From: Seison nebaliae
Taxonomy: Eukaryota
Direction: 5' to 3'
DNA length: 64,000 nt
NCBI GenBank assembly: GCA_023231475.1
Contig: JALJEE010002181.1
Span: forward strand, 1 to 64,000
How positions within the stretch are numbered: position 1 is the stretch's first letter; each line of letters opens with the position of its first letter. Positions 42,631 through 53,525 of this stretch are shown piece by piece. Position numbers and translations under genes: made by a program. The notes beneath the pieces are model-generated. The model was not told where the DNA came from, made no database searches, and saw only the letters and a list, made by a program, of their open reading frames with translations.

Positions 42631-44022
42631 AACAAACCCATCATAATGGAGAATCTGATCAAATGATTCGAATGAAGACGATGTATCAGTCGAATGAAAT
42701 TAATTCACTACGATATCTTCCCAATCAAACGACGAATCATTTACTGCTCGAAGAATTGTCCATCAGTTCATTGAACCAATCGAACGAGTCGAATACTTAT
42801 CATTCGACTTCTACTTGTGTCCGTTACCATGACGACAATGATAGTGGATACATCACTCAAGGTAGTCAAGTGAGTCGAGAGAAGCAGAAGGATTATGCAT
42901 CAGTTGCTTGTGTCGACAAAGTCATGTCGACGAGATTCGATCAACACATCTCATCTACCAATTTCCAATTAGACAATACCATCCCCAACACCAGAGTTAT
43001 CATTAGTCCCAATAAAGATCTCACTCGATTCAACACACTCGACTTAAATTCGAATCTCTCAACTTTCGTCTCTTCCACCTCATCTCCCATCGATTTGATC
43101 ACGATGAATGTTGGAAAAGAAATATCTGATTTAACACCAATCAACAATAATCTAACAACAACAACAACAACGCCAGTCGCGTCAATATCGGTAGAAAAAA
43201 CGACGAAATCTTCTTATCAAAAGAAAGTTTTTTTTTTTGAATTTTTCCTTTAAAATTTCTTCATTATTTTTTCCTCTTTCAAGAATAAGATTAATAAGAA
43301 TACGAAACAAACGAAGAATAATGAGAAACGTTCTCCTAATGCATTTATACTTTTTAGTAAAAAGCGTCGACCCGAATTGAACGAGACTTTCCCTAAGAAA
43401 GATAATCGACAAGTTCCTTCCAATTCTTCTTTCACAATTTCTTCAATTTTCATTTATTTCTTTTTAGCTCAGTCGAATATTAGCGAAAGAATGGTATCAA
43501 TTAGATGATTTGGAGAAGGATAAGTATCGACATGATGCATTGAAAGTTCTAATGAAAATTTTATTTATTTATCTATTTAAACTTCTCGATAATTTCAGAC
43601 GAAAATGAATAAAAAAACGAAAAGTAATAATAAAACGACGACATTGAATGGTAATGTGTCGAAGAAGAAATCTGTTCGATCCAACTCGAAATCGAATAGT
43701 CAAGTTGTTGCGACGACGACCGCGACACCGGTGAGTGATACCATAAATGTTAAACAGAATTATTCGACTAGAAAACCCAGAAATCAGGTGAAGAATAAAG
43801 CGCAGATGAAGAAAGAGGTCGCCATTGACCTACTTGAAAACTCATACATAGAAAACTTCCCAAACAGTTAATCATTTTTTCCTCTTATTATTCTCTACAA
43901 CTTCTTCTCTTTCAGACGATGAGATGCAGCAAGTATTTAGTGAACATCAATCATTATTCGATAATGACATGGCTGCATTTAAGAACAAATTACGGGAAGT
44001 TCGCCAAGAGAAATTCAAATGA
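36826..44022 (+). CDS. CIC: Capicua transcriptional repressor, long (CIC-L-type) isoform, about 2290 aa, 7 coding exons
   Basis: N1 domain [44 protein letters not shown] (about 39640-39770); upstream CIC-L-like [19 protein letters not shown]1-binding-like VPWPAVIP (about 40683); spliced HMG box [49 protein letters not shown]; terminal C1 domain [32 protein letters not shown]. Introns 38312-38369, 38586-38634, 43227-43283, 43413-43467, 43546-43598, 43867-43915. Many CAA-encoded polyQ tracts plus polyD and polyN. Confidence 0.92.
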
Positions 44023-45694
44023 ATTGTCCGATTAGAATAGATGAGATTAATTGAACGGAACAATAATAAAAAAAAATTAGATGTTCAAAACAATATCGTT
44101 TTCGCCATTTTCAAAATAACGAAAATTCAATACATCAATTAATTGAAGAGGGGGAGAAGAAAACGAAAGTGATTCTCTCGTTTTCCAACATTTGTTTTAT
44201 TATTCAACTCTCTTATATCCAACTTGTTCAAATTCCAACGATTTTCATCTAAACCACAAGTTTTACATAAATTTGTTATAATTTCAAATGGCAAATGTCG
44301 ATAATAAATAAGAAAAAATAAGAACATTTTACAATTCAATTAACATTTTATTATCTTTCCATAAAATTTCCTGATTTTATTTTAAAAATATTTTCTCAAC
44401 ACACAAAATGTACACAAACAAAATGATCATCAGCATTATATGGATTGACGATTTGATCCGTCTTTCATTCTTTCCCTTCACAACAGATCAGTTAGATAAA
44501 TCGGTCTCTTCTCCTCCTTTCTCTCATTCTCCATCATCATTCATTTCATTCTCCTACACAAAAATGAAAAGGATTGTAATGGATTTTATTCATTTATCAC
44601 AATATGCAAGTCAATGCAAAATATTTCCATAATAATATTTCCTCAAAATTTTCCAAAAATTTTTCTGAGGATTTTTTTTTCCAGAAAACATATTTTGTTG
44701 GAACTTTTTGGATTTTTCCATCGAATAATCCAAGAAATATTTAATGGAACCATTTTTTGGTGATGTTGGAAGATATTTTCTGGAATTTAAATAATCAAAA
44801 ATTTATTCTTGAAAGATCAGAAAGCAAAGTGGATTTGTTAAATTTGAATTGGAAAGTGAAATATTTTTCTTCTTGTTACAATATAGTTCTTATCATCATC
44901 ATCATTATAATCATCATTATTCTTATTAATATTTGTTCGTATTCGCAAAAGAAAACACAATGTTTATAATCGATCGACCGAAATCCTTTTAATTTCGCTC
45001 ACTCATCATCTCTCATCATTTGCACATATATATATACATATTGCGTTTATAAACCTTTCGAAATGAAAATTATTTAAAGAATAATTCGTCAAATCATCAT
45101 CAATATGTTTAATCAATTATCATCATTATGATAATTCATCATCATCAATTTATTCTATTCAATTTCACTTTGTTATTATCATCATATAAGTATCTATATA
45201 AAAAAGCATCGTTATACCTTTATTGTGAAGTTATCAGTATTTTAGTTATTGTTCTTAATAAATGCTTCGATCTCATTTTCTGATTATTTTTTTTATAAAA
45301 CTTTCTTCATATTCCTCCATTCTTTTCTTTATCATTTTCAGAAAATTCTCTTTTTTTACTTTTATCTATTTATTCCACATAGATAAAAGATTCTTTATTA
45401 CATACCTATATAGATAATAGCAACAATTGAATAAACTCTTTCTTATTCCGTTGTTATGACATCAAACAAATTACCTGAACATGAGATCCTCAGTTTTGTC
45501 TTCCTTCCTCAAATTCATCCAAATGGATAAATTTAGAAAAGAATTGTTGATTGAGATTTTTTAATTAAAATTTATTGAACGACGTTAAATTTAATGAAAA
45601 GTTTAATATATAATTTAAATTATAAATTTAATTATAATCGAATCAATTTCCATAACTAACTAAAATTCTTATTAAATTTCTTCTTAAAAACTAA

Positions 45695-46516
45695 TTAGTT
45701 TTCGGTTTGGAATAACTGGAAACATTTCTGAATAACGTCATTCAAAATTTCGGGAACATCTCGACTCATGTTTAGACAATAAATCCATTCACCATTCGAT
45801 CGATCACATTTGAGATCACCTCCCGTTCCTAGTGTTATCGATTGTTTATCACCATCACTATTGTTCGCTAAGACATCTTTCCGATCTTTCGTAGTAATAT
45901 AAGTGAAGCGAGAACGATATATACGAATCCACTCATCGTTTGTTGATAAGACAAAAAGTGGACCAAAATGAGCAATTCGACATGAATCGGCCGATTGACA
46001 AGTTCGTTCGTAATCTTCGACGAAACTATAAATATTTGTAATTTCTCCTTTTCTATGGAAGGTGGCGAAGGTTGCCAAATGAATCCATTCACTCTCATTG
46101 AGTATATAGGCGGAGAATCTTCCTTCATTCTCTCGATTACATGCACACAATAATAATTGGACGTCATTATTTAATTCCCAATTGAAATCGGTTGTATATT
46201 GAGCTCCAGTACCTTCACCTTGAAATCGTTTATACCGACCATTCAATCCCACATAAATGGGCTTTATTCGTCGTTCTTCTGGTACAGCTTTCTCGTCTTC
46301 ACACTCATAGTCGTCCCATAAAGAAAAAATAATAACTTTACTGTCTGATCTCTGTTGTATACCGAAGTAGCCTTTACGAAAACCGATTAAATTGAAAAAA
46401 GTTCTCGGTGCAGATTCCTTTATTTTTATCTTCATATAAACCGCTCTCGCCGCTTCCCTATATCTCCATCTCAAATGTACAGCTGTTGCTCCTCGTGATG
46501 AACAATGTTTCTTCAT
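45695..46516 (-). CDS. Intronless DUF3472/DUF5077-like protein (mostly bacterial family)
   Basis: 273-aa ORF with motifs I recognise from the family: AVHL, GYFGIQQ, IIFSLWD, RFQGEGTGAQ, EWIHLATF, YSFVEDY, SRFT, LGTGG. Confidence 0.75.
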   Translation of the reverse strand: MKKHCSSRGATAVHLRWRYREAARAVYMKIKIKESAPRTFFNLIGFRKGYFGIQQRSDSKVIIFSLWDDYECEDEKAVPEERRIKPIYVGLNGRYKRFQGEGTGAQYTTDFNWELNNDVQLLLCACNRENEGRFSAYILNESEWIHLATFATFHRKGEITNIYSFVEDYERTCQSADSCRIAHFGPLFVLSTNDEWIRIYRSRFTYITTKDRKDVLANNSDGDKQSITLGTGGDLKCDRSNGEWIYCLNMSRDVPEILNDVIQKCFQLFQTEN

Positions 46517-47313
46517 TTTTCTTCTTGCAATTGATGAGTCATGGGACGAGTTACATTATGTAAGGTATCTAATGTTTTCTCGGACAGATATTTGAGAGGA
46601 ATGTATGTGGAAATATGACACTTCCCAGTTCTAATGGCTACATTAATTACATTTTAATTCTTTCTATTTCCAACATTATTTAATGCAAGATCATTTTTCT
46701 TCATTTTATCGAAATCATCACAAGTTCAAGTTGTTAATTTGAATGATCTGGTGGGACACATACTTAAGTATGTAACTAACAATTGTTAGTTGATAATTTT
46801 ATTTCATTCAAATTATAATCTGTCGATTAATGGTTATTGTGCGATTTTTCCATAATTTATCTACATTCTATGTTATTTAAACCAAACTGGGATTTATTAA
46901 ATTGCTAATTAATTGAGAATATATTCACATTTTCTTTCTTGAGATTCTCATAATTAAAATCGATTAAAATCGACAATTTTTAATAGACTCCAAATTCAGT
47001 AAGAGGATATGTATTACTAATTATTATTTTTCATCAACAATATGTCATGGACAATTAATGTGATTAATATAATTGATTTACTTAATAATAAAAAGAACAG
47101 TTGCTGTTCATTATTCTGGCGGGAGTACGATAACTTTACATTCTGACTACAGATTTAATCGAAAGATTTTCGATAACGATGTAAAATTATAAAATGCGTC
47201 ATCGGTACGTCATACTCGAACTTCTATTTAAGTTCCTTTAACTCATTGAAAATCGTTTACAATTACTTATCTTATTCGATTAAACTACAACCTTATTCGC
47301 AAATTATCACAAA

Positions 47314-47589
47314 ATGGGAAGTTCATCTAGTACACCAACATCATCACTTTCTTCCTTGTTATCGAGCATGGGAGGTGGCATGCCAGGCATGTCTATGATG
47401 GGAGGCGGTATGCCAGGAATGAGTATGATGGGAGGTGGCATGCCAGGTATGTCCATGATGGGAGGTGGTATGCCAGGTATGTCAATGATGGGAGGTATGC
47501 CAGGTATGATGGGAGGTATGCAAGGCATGATGGGAGGTATGGGAGGCGGTATGGGCGGCCCACAAATGTTGCCACCGATTTATGAATAA
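47314..47589 (+). CDS. 91-aa Gly/Met-rich repeat microprotein (MGGGMPGMSM)n
   Basis: GC-rich ORF with an AAAATGG start. The tandem repeats differ only at synonymous positions. AATAAA signals follow the stop. Confidence 0.75.
   Translation: MGSSSSTPTSSLSSLLSSMGGGMPGMSMMGGGMPGMSMMGGGMPGMSMMGGGMPGMSMMGGMPGMMGGMQGMMGGMGGGMGGPQMLPPIYE
47368..47487 (+). repeat. Four 30-bp coding tandem repeats, followed by shorter degenerate units to about 47560
   Basis: Unit ATGGGAGGYGGYATGCCAGGNATG(Ser)ATG, with Ser codons TCT, AGT, TCC and TCA. Confidence 0.9.
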
Positions 47590-49464
47590 ATGTAAATAAA
47601 ATAGCAGAAATAATATAATTCTTTATTTGTTGGTTTTTGTAACATCTTTTCATTTATCATACTCTTGTTCCACAAAATTACAATAAACGATTTTGTTATT
47701 ATTTACATGAAGAACAAGGGACTTTCAAACTGGCCAAGTTTTAATTTTATTCCACTGTTTACTTTTTATATTTATTGATATTCAATTTGAATAATTTGAC
47801 ATTTATTGAATTAAACTGAACTTTTTTAAATACACAAATATCTTGTTCATCTATAAAACTTATCATAAATTATTATAAAACTGCAAATTTAAGTAAGTTT
47901 AAACTGTTAAATGACCTTACTTTTTATTGATTTATATCGTAAGAACCATAGTCAACATTGAAGGAGGAAAAAGCAGATTATTAAAAGAATATAAATTTCA
48001 GTTCTAAACGTTCTTATGGGGATTTACTAGAAACTACCTTCCCGAGAACTACACTTACCTTTAGATACCGGCTCAGGTTTTCCGGAAAATGTATAAAAAA
48101 AAATAAATTATTTGTCAGGTACAGAATTACAACAAGTTTATTAGATAGTAAATATTTTATGCACAATTAGGACGTCCAACAAGCTTAAATAGATCCAGGA
48201 CAGGTTTTAGTTTAAGTATATTTGAATTTGGTAAAGCCTAAACTTTAAATAACTGTTGATAAATATTTTTGAATATTTTGATGCGAACTTGGCGACATAT
48301 CTGTTGCTACAGTTAATAAAGTGCGCTTTAAATGATGACTTTTAGCATAACGATTATAAAACGTATTACTGAACTAGAATATGGTAGAAGTTCTATCATA
48401 TTTCTATCATAGAACAAATAATCTTATTTTTACTATAAATTAATAGTTTTTCATATGCAAATTGTTAAAGGAAGAAATTAATCCTTCTTGCATGAATTGT
48501 TAGTTAGTTTACTTTATCCTAAATGAATAGATTTAGATGTTTATAGAAATGCTATTTGAACATATCATTTCAATTTCTGGCAATAATGTTCTGAGGACAT
48601 GGTTCTAGTCCTTTTGGAGACGTAGTTTGTTGAGGCAGGTTTGACTTCAAATTTTTTTTAATTTTATGTATGTATTATTTTGTAGGAGAGAATCGAATGG
48701 GATGATTGATAAGGAGGTTAATAATGATTTAACACCAAATATTAGGAAATATAAATCATAATTTCTTTTCAGGTAAGGGAATAAACAATCTCTATGCGTA
48801 ATGAGAATTCCCACGATACTGGAGGATTACGATTAATAACTTGATTGCAACTTTAATTAATTTTAAACCCGAAAAATATTCTAGAAGATCTGTTTGGTTA
48901 TCATACCAACTATGTACTTCTGAGGGAAACTTAAGTCGCATATGAAAGTAGTCGGTGACGTACATCGACCTACAAGTGGTTTTATTTGAATGGATGAGGA
49001 AAATTTAGAATGGCGACAGACATTAGAGAAAAAATCCCTTAATACCTAATATCTTATTTCTTACTATTAACAAACGAAATATAATTCGACCTATATTACA
49101 TTAAACTATTTTTAATTTTAGTTTAATAAATTAAGTTTCAATTTAAAATTTAAAAATATTCATTAAATTGTCATGCTTGGTAATGCCGGTAAATATTAAA
49201 GTTAATGCTAATGAAAACGTGCACAGGCTTAGAGGATAATTTTGGGCTAAATTGAATTTGGCAAATAATTTTCATAAATGATAATAAAACACGATATGAT
49301 TTTGAAAAGGAAAATAGAGAAAGAAATTAATGTTTGGAATAATTATCCTGACTGTTCGTGCAAACATAGCATGATGATATAGTCGAAATGATGATTCTTA
49401 TCGAACTTCTTACTAACAAGTTTGTAAGTTGTTTTGAAATTTGTTGAAATAAGATTAATGCACT

Positions 49465-52079
49465 ATGAAGAATGATATTCTATATAATTTCCTAAAAAAA
49501 AGTTCAATTCATGGACTTAAGTTTCTTGTCGGAGCAAGAAATAATATTGCAAAAACTTATTGGATTCTAATTTGTGTGAGCTCATTACTATTTTTCTTGT
49601 ATTTGGTGTCGATTAATACCGACTATTATTTAAATAAACCTACGGAAATTGATATGTTCTTAACGTCGAATACGACATCTGTAAAATTGCCTTCTATTAG
49701 TATTTGTTTAACGAGAACCAGGTTTTTTTGATATTATATTTACATTTAATGAAATATTATAATTTAAGAGAAGAAGATTCCGGTTTGATCATAACGAATG
49801 TAATAAAATATACGAAGAATTATAATTGTTCAGCTGAAATCGGAGAAATCACACAGTCATTAATCTGTGCCAGCGGACAATTCGATGGTTTGAATGGAAA
49901 TTATCCGGAATGGAACAATAAACCGAAATTAGTTGATTATTTGGATGGATTTTTCAAGAAATTATATAGAAATATAAACTTCCGTTTTCCATCTATAATG
50001 AATATTTTAATATTTCTAAATATCTTTCATCGAGAAAATGATTGGGCACTGAGTATGAAAAAGAAGTTATTGTTGAAGAATTATGATATCCATACTGCGA
50101 TAAAAACGGTACTCAGTATCGATTTCAAAAAAATCGAACATCTCTCCATTAGTAAACTAGTTTACGAGAATTATGTCAATTGTTCTATTCATTTAGAAAA
50201 ACAAGGTTTCAATTTGGAGATAATAATTCTCATCAATAATTTCTGTTCATTGTAAAAGATATGAACAGCTATTTATATTTATTGTTTACCGGAGATTGTT
50301 TAAATGAAAGTTCTAAGAAACTATTATTCTTTTCATATCTTCGAGAAGAAATGGAAAAAATAAATTTATGGAGTTGGAAAAGTGATCCATATCTTCTGGA
50401 TGACAATCGAATACATAAGCAATTTGAAGATCTACAATTTTTGATGGAAACTTCGTTGTTTGAACAATTTCGTAGGGGAATACAAGAACTACAACCGAAA
50501 GTTGTAAGTGTGTTAAAAACAAACCTTATTGGATCTGCTTATTTGACGACCAATCTACTATTAAGATATTATTACCAGACATGGTGGAAGAGAAAACGGT
50601 ATTTAAGTTTCTTGATTTGATTTTCGAATGTAATTTATATGTTGAATTGTTTCTATGATAAAGATCAAGCATACGATTTGAGAGAGTCGTACCTTCAAGA
50701 AGACGGTTCAAACATTCTTCACTGCAATTTCAATGATCGAAAATGTAGAGAGGAAGTTAGATTTTAGACTTTCCAAATTACAAAAATGAATTTCAGGAAT
50801 TATCTCGTATTTTAACAAAAGAAGGTTTATGTTATCAAATTACCAGGAAGGATCATGCTACTTCTTTGACGGTTAAATTTCGGTTTAAAACAGACTATAT
50901 TTATGAAACAGATTGATATTAACACTTATTTGTATTTTTCAACATTTTCGACGGAGAGAGAAACGAAACTTATTTTGACTATTCAAGAGAATGGGAAAAG
51001 GCCTACCATTGTCGATAGTAAAATGGATATATTGAACGGAAGGTCCATTTCATTAGCAATTATAAGTAAGCCAGTTATTTTTTTGAACTATATAATTTTT
51101 ATATGATTAATATTTTTAGCAACTTCTACTAAATTCGAATAATTGGGGAAACTGCTCGGAACCGACTTCCGAATTCAAACACAAATACAACATTAAAGGT
51201 AAATATTCTCGAGGACAATGTATTCAAGAATGTTATTATCGCTTGGTGGTAGAACGTTGTGGCTGTAAAATATATCACGATCCAGGTTGATATTAATTGT
51301 CTCAAAAGAACTACATAAAGTTGACTTTCCTTTATTCTACTATTACACTACACCTGGTATGAAATCACTATTTTGATGAAATATATTATCTAACATATAT
51401 TTCATATAATTATATTTCATAATGGAATTATACAAACATATTAACTTCTGAAGTTCATCGTTACGGTATCAACCACTGTACGAATATTACTACGAATTAT
51501 TGTGCCTTTATAACAACAGGTTTCATTTTGTTTGTTTTAAGAAAATTAATAATAATTTAGAAAACTTCGAATGGAAAAAATATTGTCAATATTGCACTCA
51601 AGAATGTAACTTCCAGATTTTTGAGAAGATTATTATTTCAAGCACGCCATGTCCACTAAAGTTCAGGGAGAAATATGCGAGTTGTGATGACAGTAAAATA
51701 AAAAGCAGTATTATCGATGGAATAAACAACGATCCAACTTCTTCGAATTACAATCGAAGATGTCTCAATCCTTTAAATTTCAAGTTAGAGTTTTCTTCCA
51801 TATCCAAATTTCATATCTTCAGTCGATCACTAACGAAATTAAAAATGTTTTTCGATGGCAATGTAATCGAGAACCATAAACAAAAGAAAAGTATAATTTT
51901 GTCAACCACTTTAAGTTCATCTTTAATGCGCAAGTTAAATTAATATGGATCAATTTTCAGGTCAAATTGGTGGATCGTTGGGGATATGTATTGGTGGTAG
52001 CATTTTAACGTTATTCGAACTCATCTATATTTTAATGGCTGAACTATTTAGAATCATAATATTTCCGAAACAATCTTAA
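49465..52079 (+). CDS. DEG/ENaC/ASIC-family ion channel subunit, about 13 exons
   Basis: Pre-TM1 SSIHG, W plus TM1, LPSISIC, CNFN..C, LTKEGLCY, Cys-rich YSRGQCIQECYYRLVVERCGC and CQYCTQECN, TM2 SQIGGSLGICIGGSILTLFELIY. Introns 49722-49768, (49984-50034), 50206-50258, 50607-50663, 50756-50796, 50872-50911, 51074-51119, 51286-51320, 51357-51453, 51520-51560, (51784-51822), 51915-51960; bracketed ones are in-frame and less certain. Confidence 0.9.
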
Positions 52080-53525
52080 TAATTATCGGTCGCAAAAGAA
52101 ATTTTAAAAATAAAAGTATCAAAATAACTCATCTATTCTGAATAGACATTAGATAGTATATAGTAGCTAAACTGAATTTTTGAGATCTTTATCGATAAAG
52201 GAGAAAAGAAATAAAAATGATAAAGAAGGATAATATTTTGAAACGAAAAGAATAAATTGAACAAATACAGTTATTATCATTGTTTGTGTTTGATGATGTT
52301 GAGAATGCGTTTTTTATATTTTTTTTTATTATAGATGTAAATTCCTATAGGGCCTATAGGGTAATTGATAAATAAAAATTAAAAATTCACGACGTTGGTC
52401 GTTGGAAATTAATTCACGGCATCTTGATTATCCCTAAAAATTTGAACTCTTTTTTCAGTAATTTCAAAATTTCATATCGAGATTGGTTAGAAAAGTTAGT
52501 TAATAACTTCGATTTACTTTTATTACATAAAATTTCTCTTACAGACAAACGAGTGGTGATTTTACTAAATACCCTGGGAGCAGGAATCGATCCTTGCCCG
52601 ACTAATTTATTTATTCGCAGAAACTCGGAAATTAAGGAACGTCATTATGGTTTATTAAGAATTTTCATTAATGAATTAAATTGAATACTGATCAATTCCT
52701 GCATTACGTAACTTTGTGACATGTGATGTATTTAAGCCAATATAAATGGAAGGAAGTAAAGAATTTACTGGCGCAAAATGTTGCAAATTCGTTTCAACTA
52801 GTTTCCTTTTCATACTATTGTCTGTCTTATTTCATAGTCTGTCTATTTTTCTTACAGGTTATTGATTCATTATAATATTCACGTATTGGGAAATAAAGTT
52901 AAAATGCACCTCCATGTATAATGATCTTCTTGTCAATGATATACTGATAGAAATTTGTTTTCTCATTTTATCTTTTCATACATTCTTTTTACAAGTTTAA
53001 TTAAATTTGATTAATAGAAAATGTTTAATTTAAAGAAAAAAAGATATCTTAAATTTTTGTGCTTGAATTCGGAAGTTAACAATAATTTATTTAAGTTCAC
53101 AAAAATTTTAGATTTTTTAGTTTTTTTTCCGAGACAATCTACCTTTTATGATTTATTTATGAATATTCTAAAACCTCAATGGAAAAAAAGGATCGTGATG
53201 CTTTGTCACGAGAATATTACATTGAAATCTGTATACGATGTAATACTGATAATAAATAATTTTTTCAACTACATTTTATAGTTAGATATATTTCGGATAT
53301 ATTTATTAGGTTAACAAATAATGAAAATGACAAAGCACAACAATATTAACATAAAAATGAAATGTAAATAATTATCAAAATAAAGGTTAGAAGAATTGAA
53401 TGGCCGATAGTTTTAAATGAAAAAAGATGATGTATAAGAAGAAGGATGAATTGAAAAATGTGATTTATTTATTTGGAGTTCGAGATTTTTGTTGAAGTAG
53501 ATGTTATCAAAGATAAGTTCCTAAA

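Noticed and set aside
37404..43453. Antisense and alternative-frame ORFs within CIC (polyC, polyL, polyI)
   Set aside because: Shadows of the CAA/AAT repeats in the real coding frame.
47307..47653. Antisense ORFs over the Gly/Met repeat
   Set aside because: Shadow frames; the variation between repeats is synonymous only in the + frame.
48000..48075. Minus-strand AAG|GTAAGT considered as a spliced-leader RNA
   Set aside because: No convincing stem-loops or Sm site downstream.
48331..48372. ATGATGA...CTGA resembling C/D snoRNA boxes
   Set aside because: Only about 41 nt, with no terminal stem or evident guide; a common chance match in AT-rich DNA.
49720..50620. Apparent frameshifts and stops in the DEG/ENaC gene suggesting a pseudogene or alternative genetic code
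   Set aside because: All are resolved by short GTT..AG introns under the standard code.
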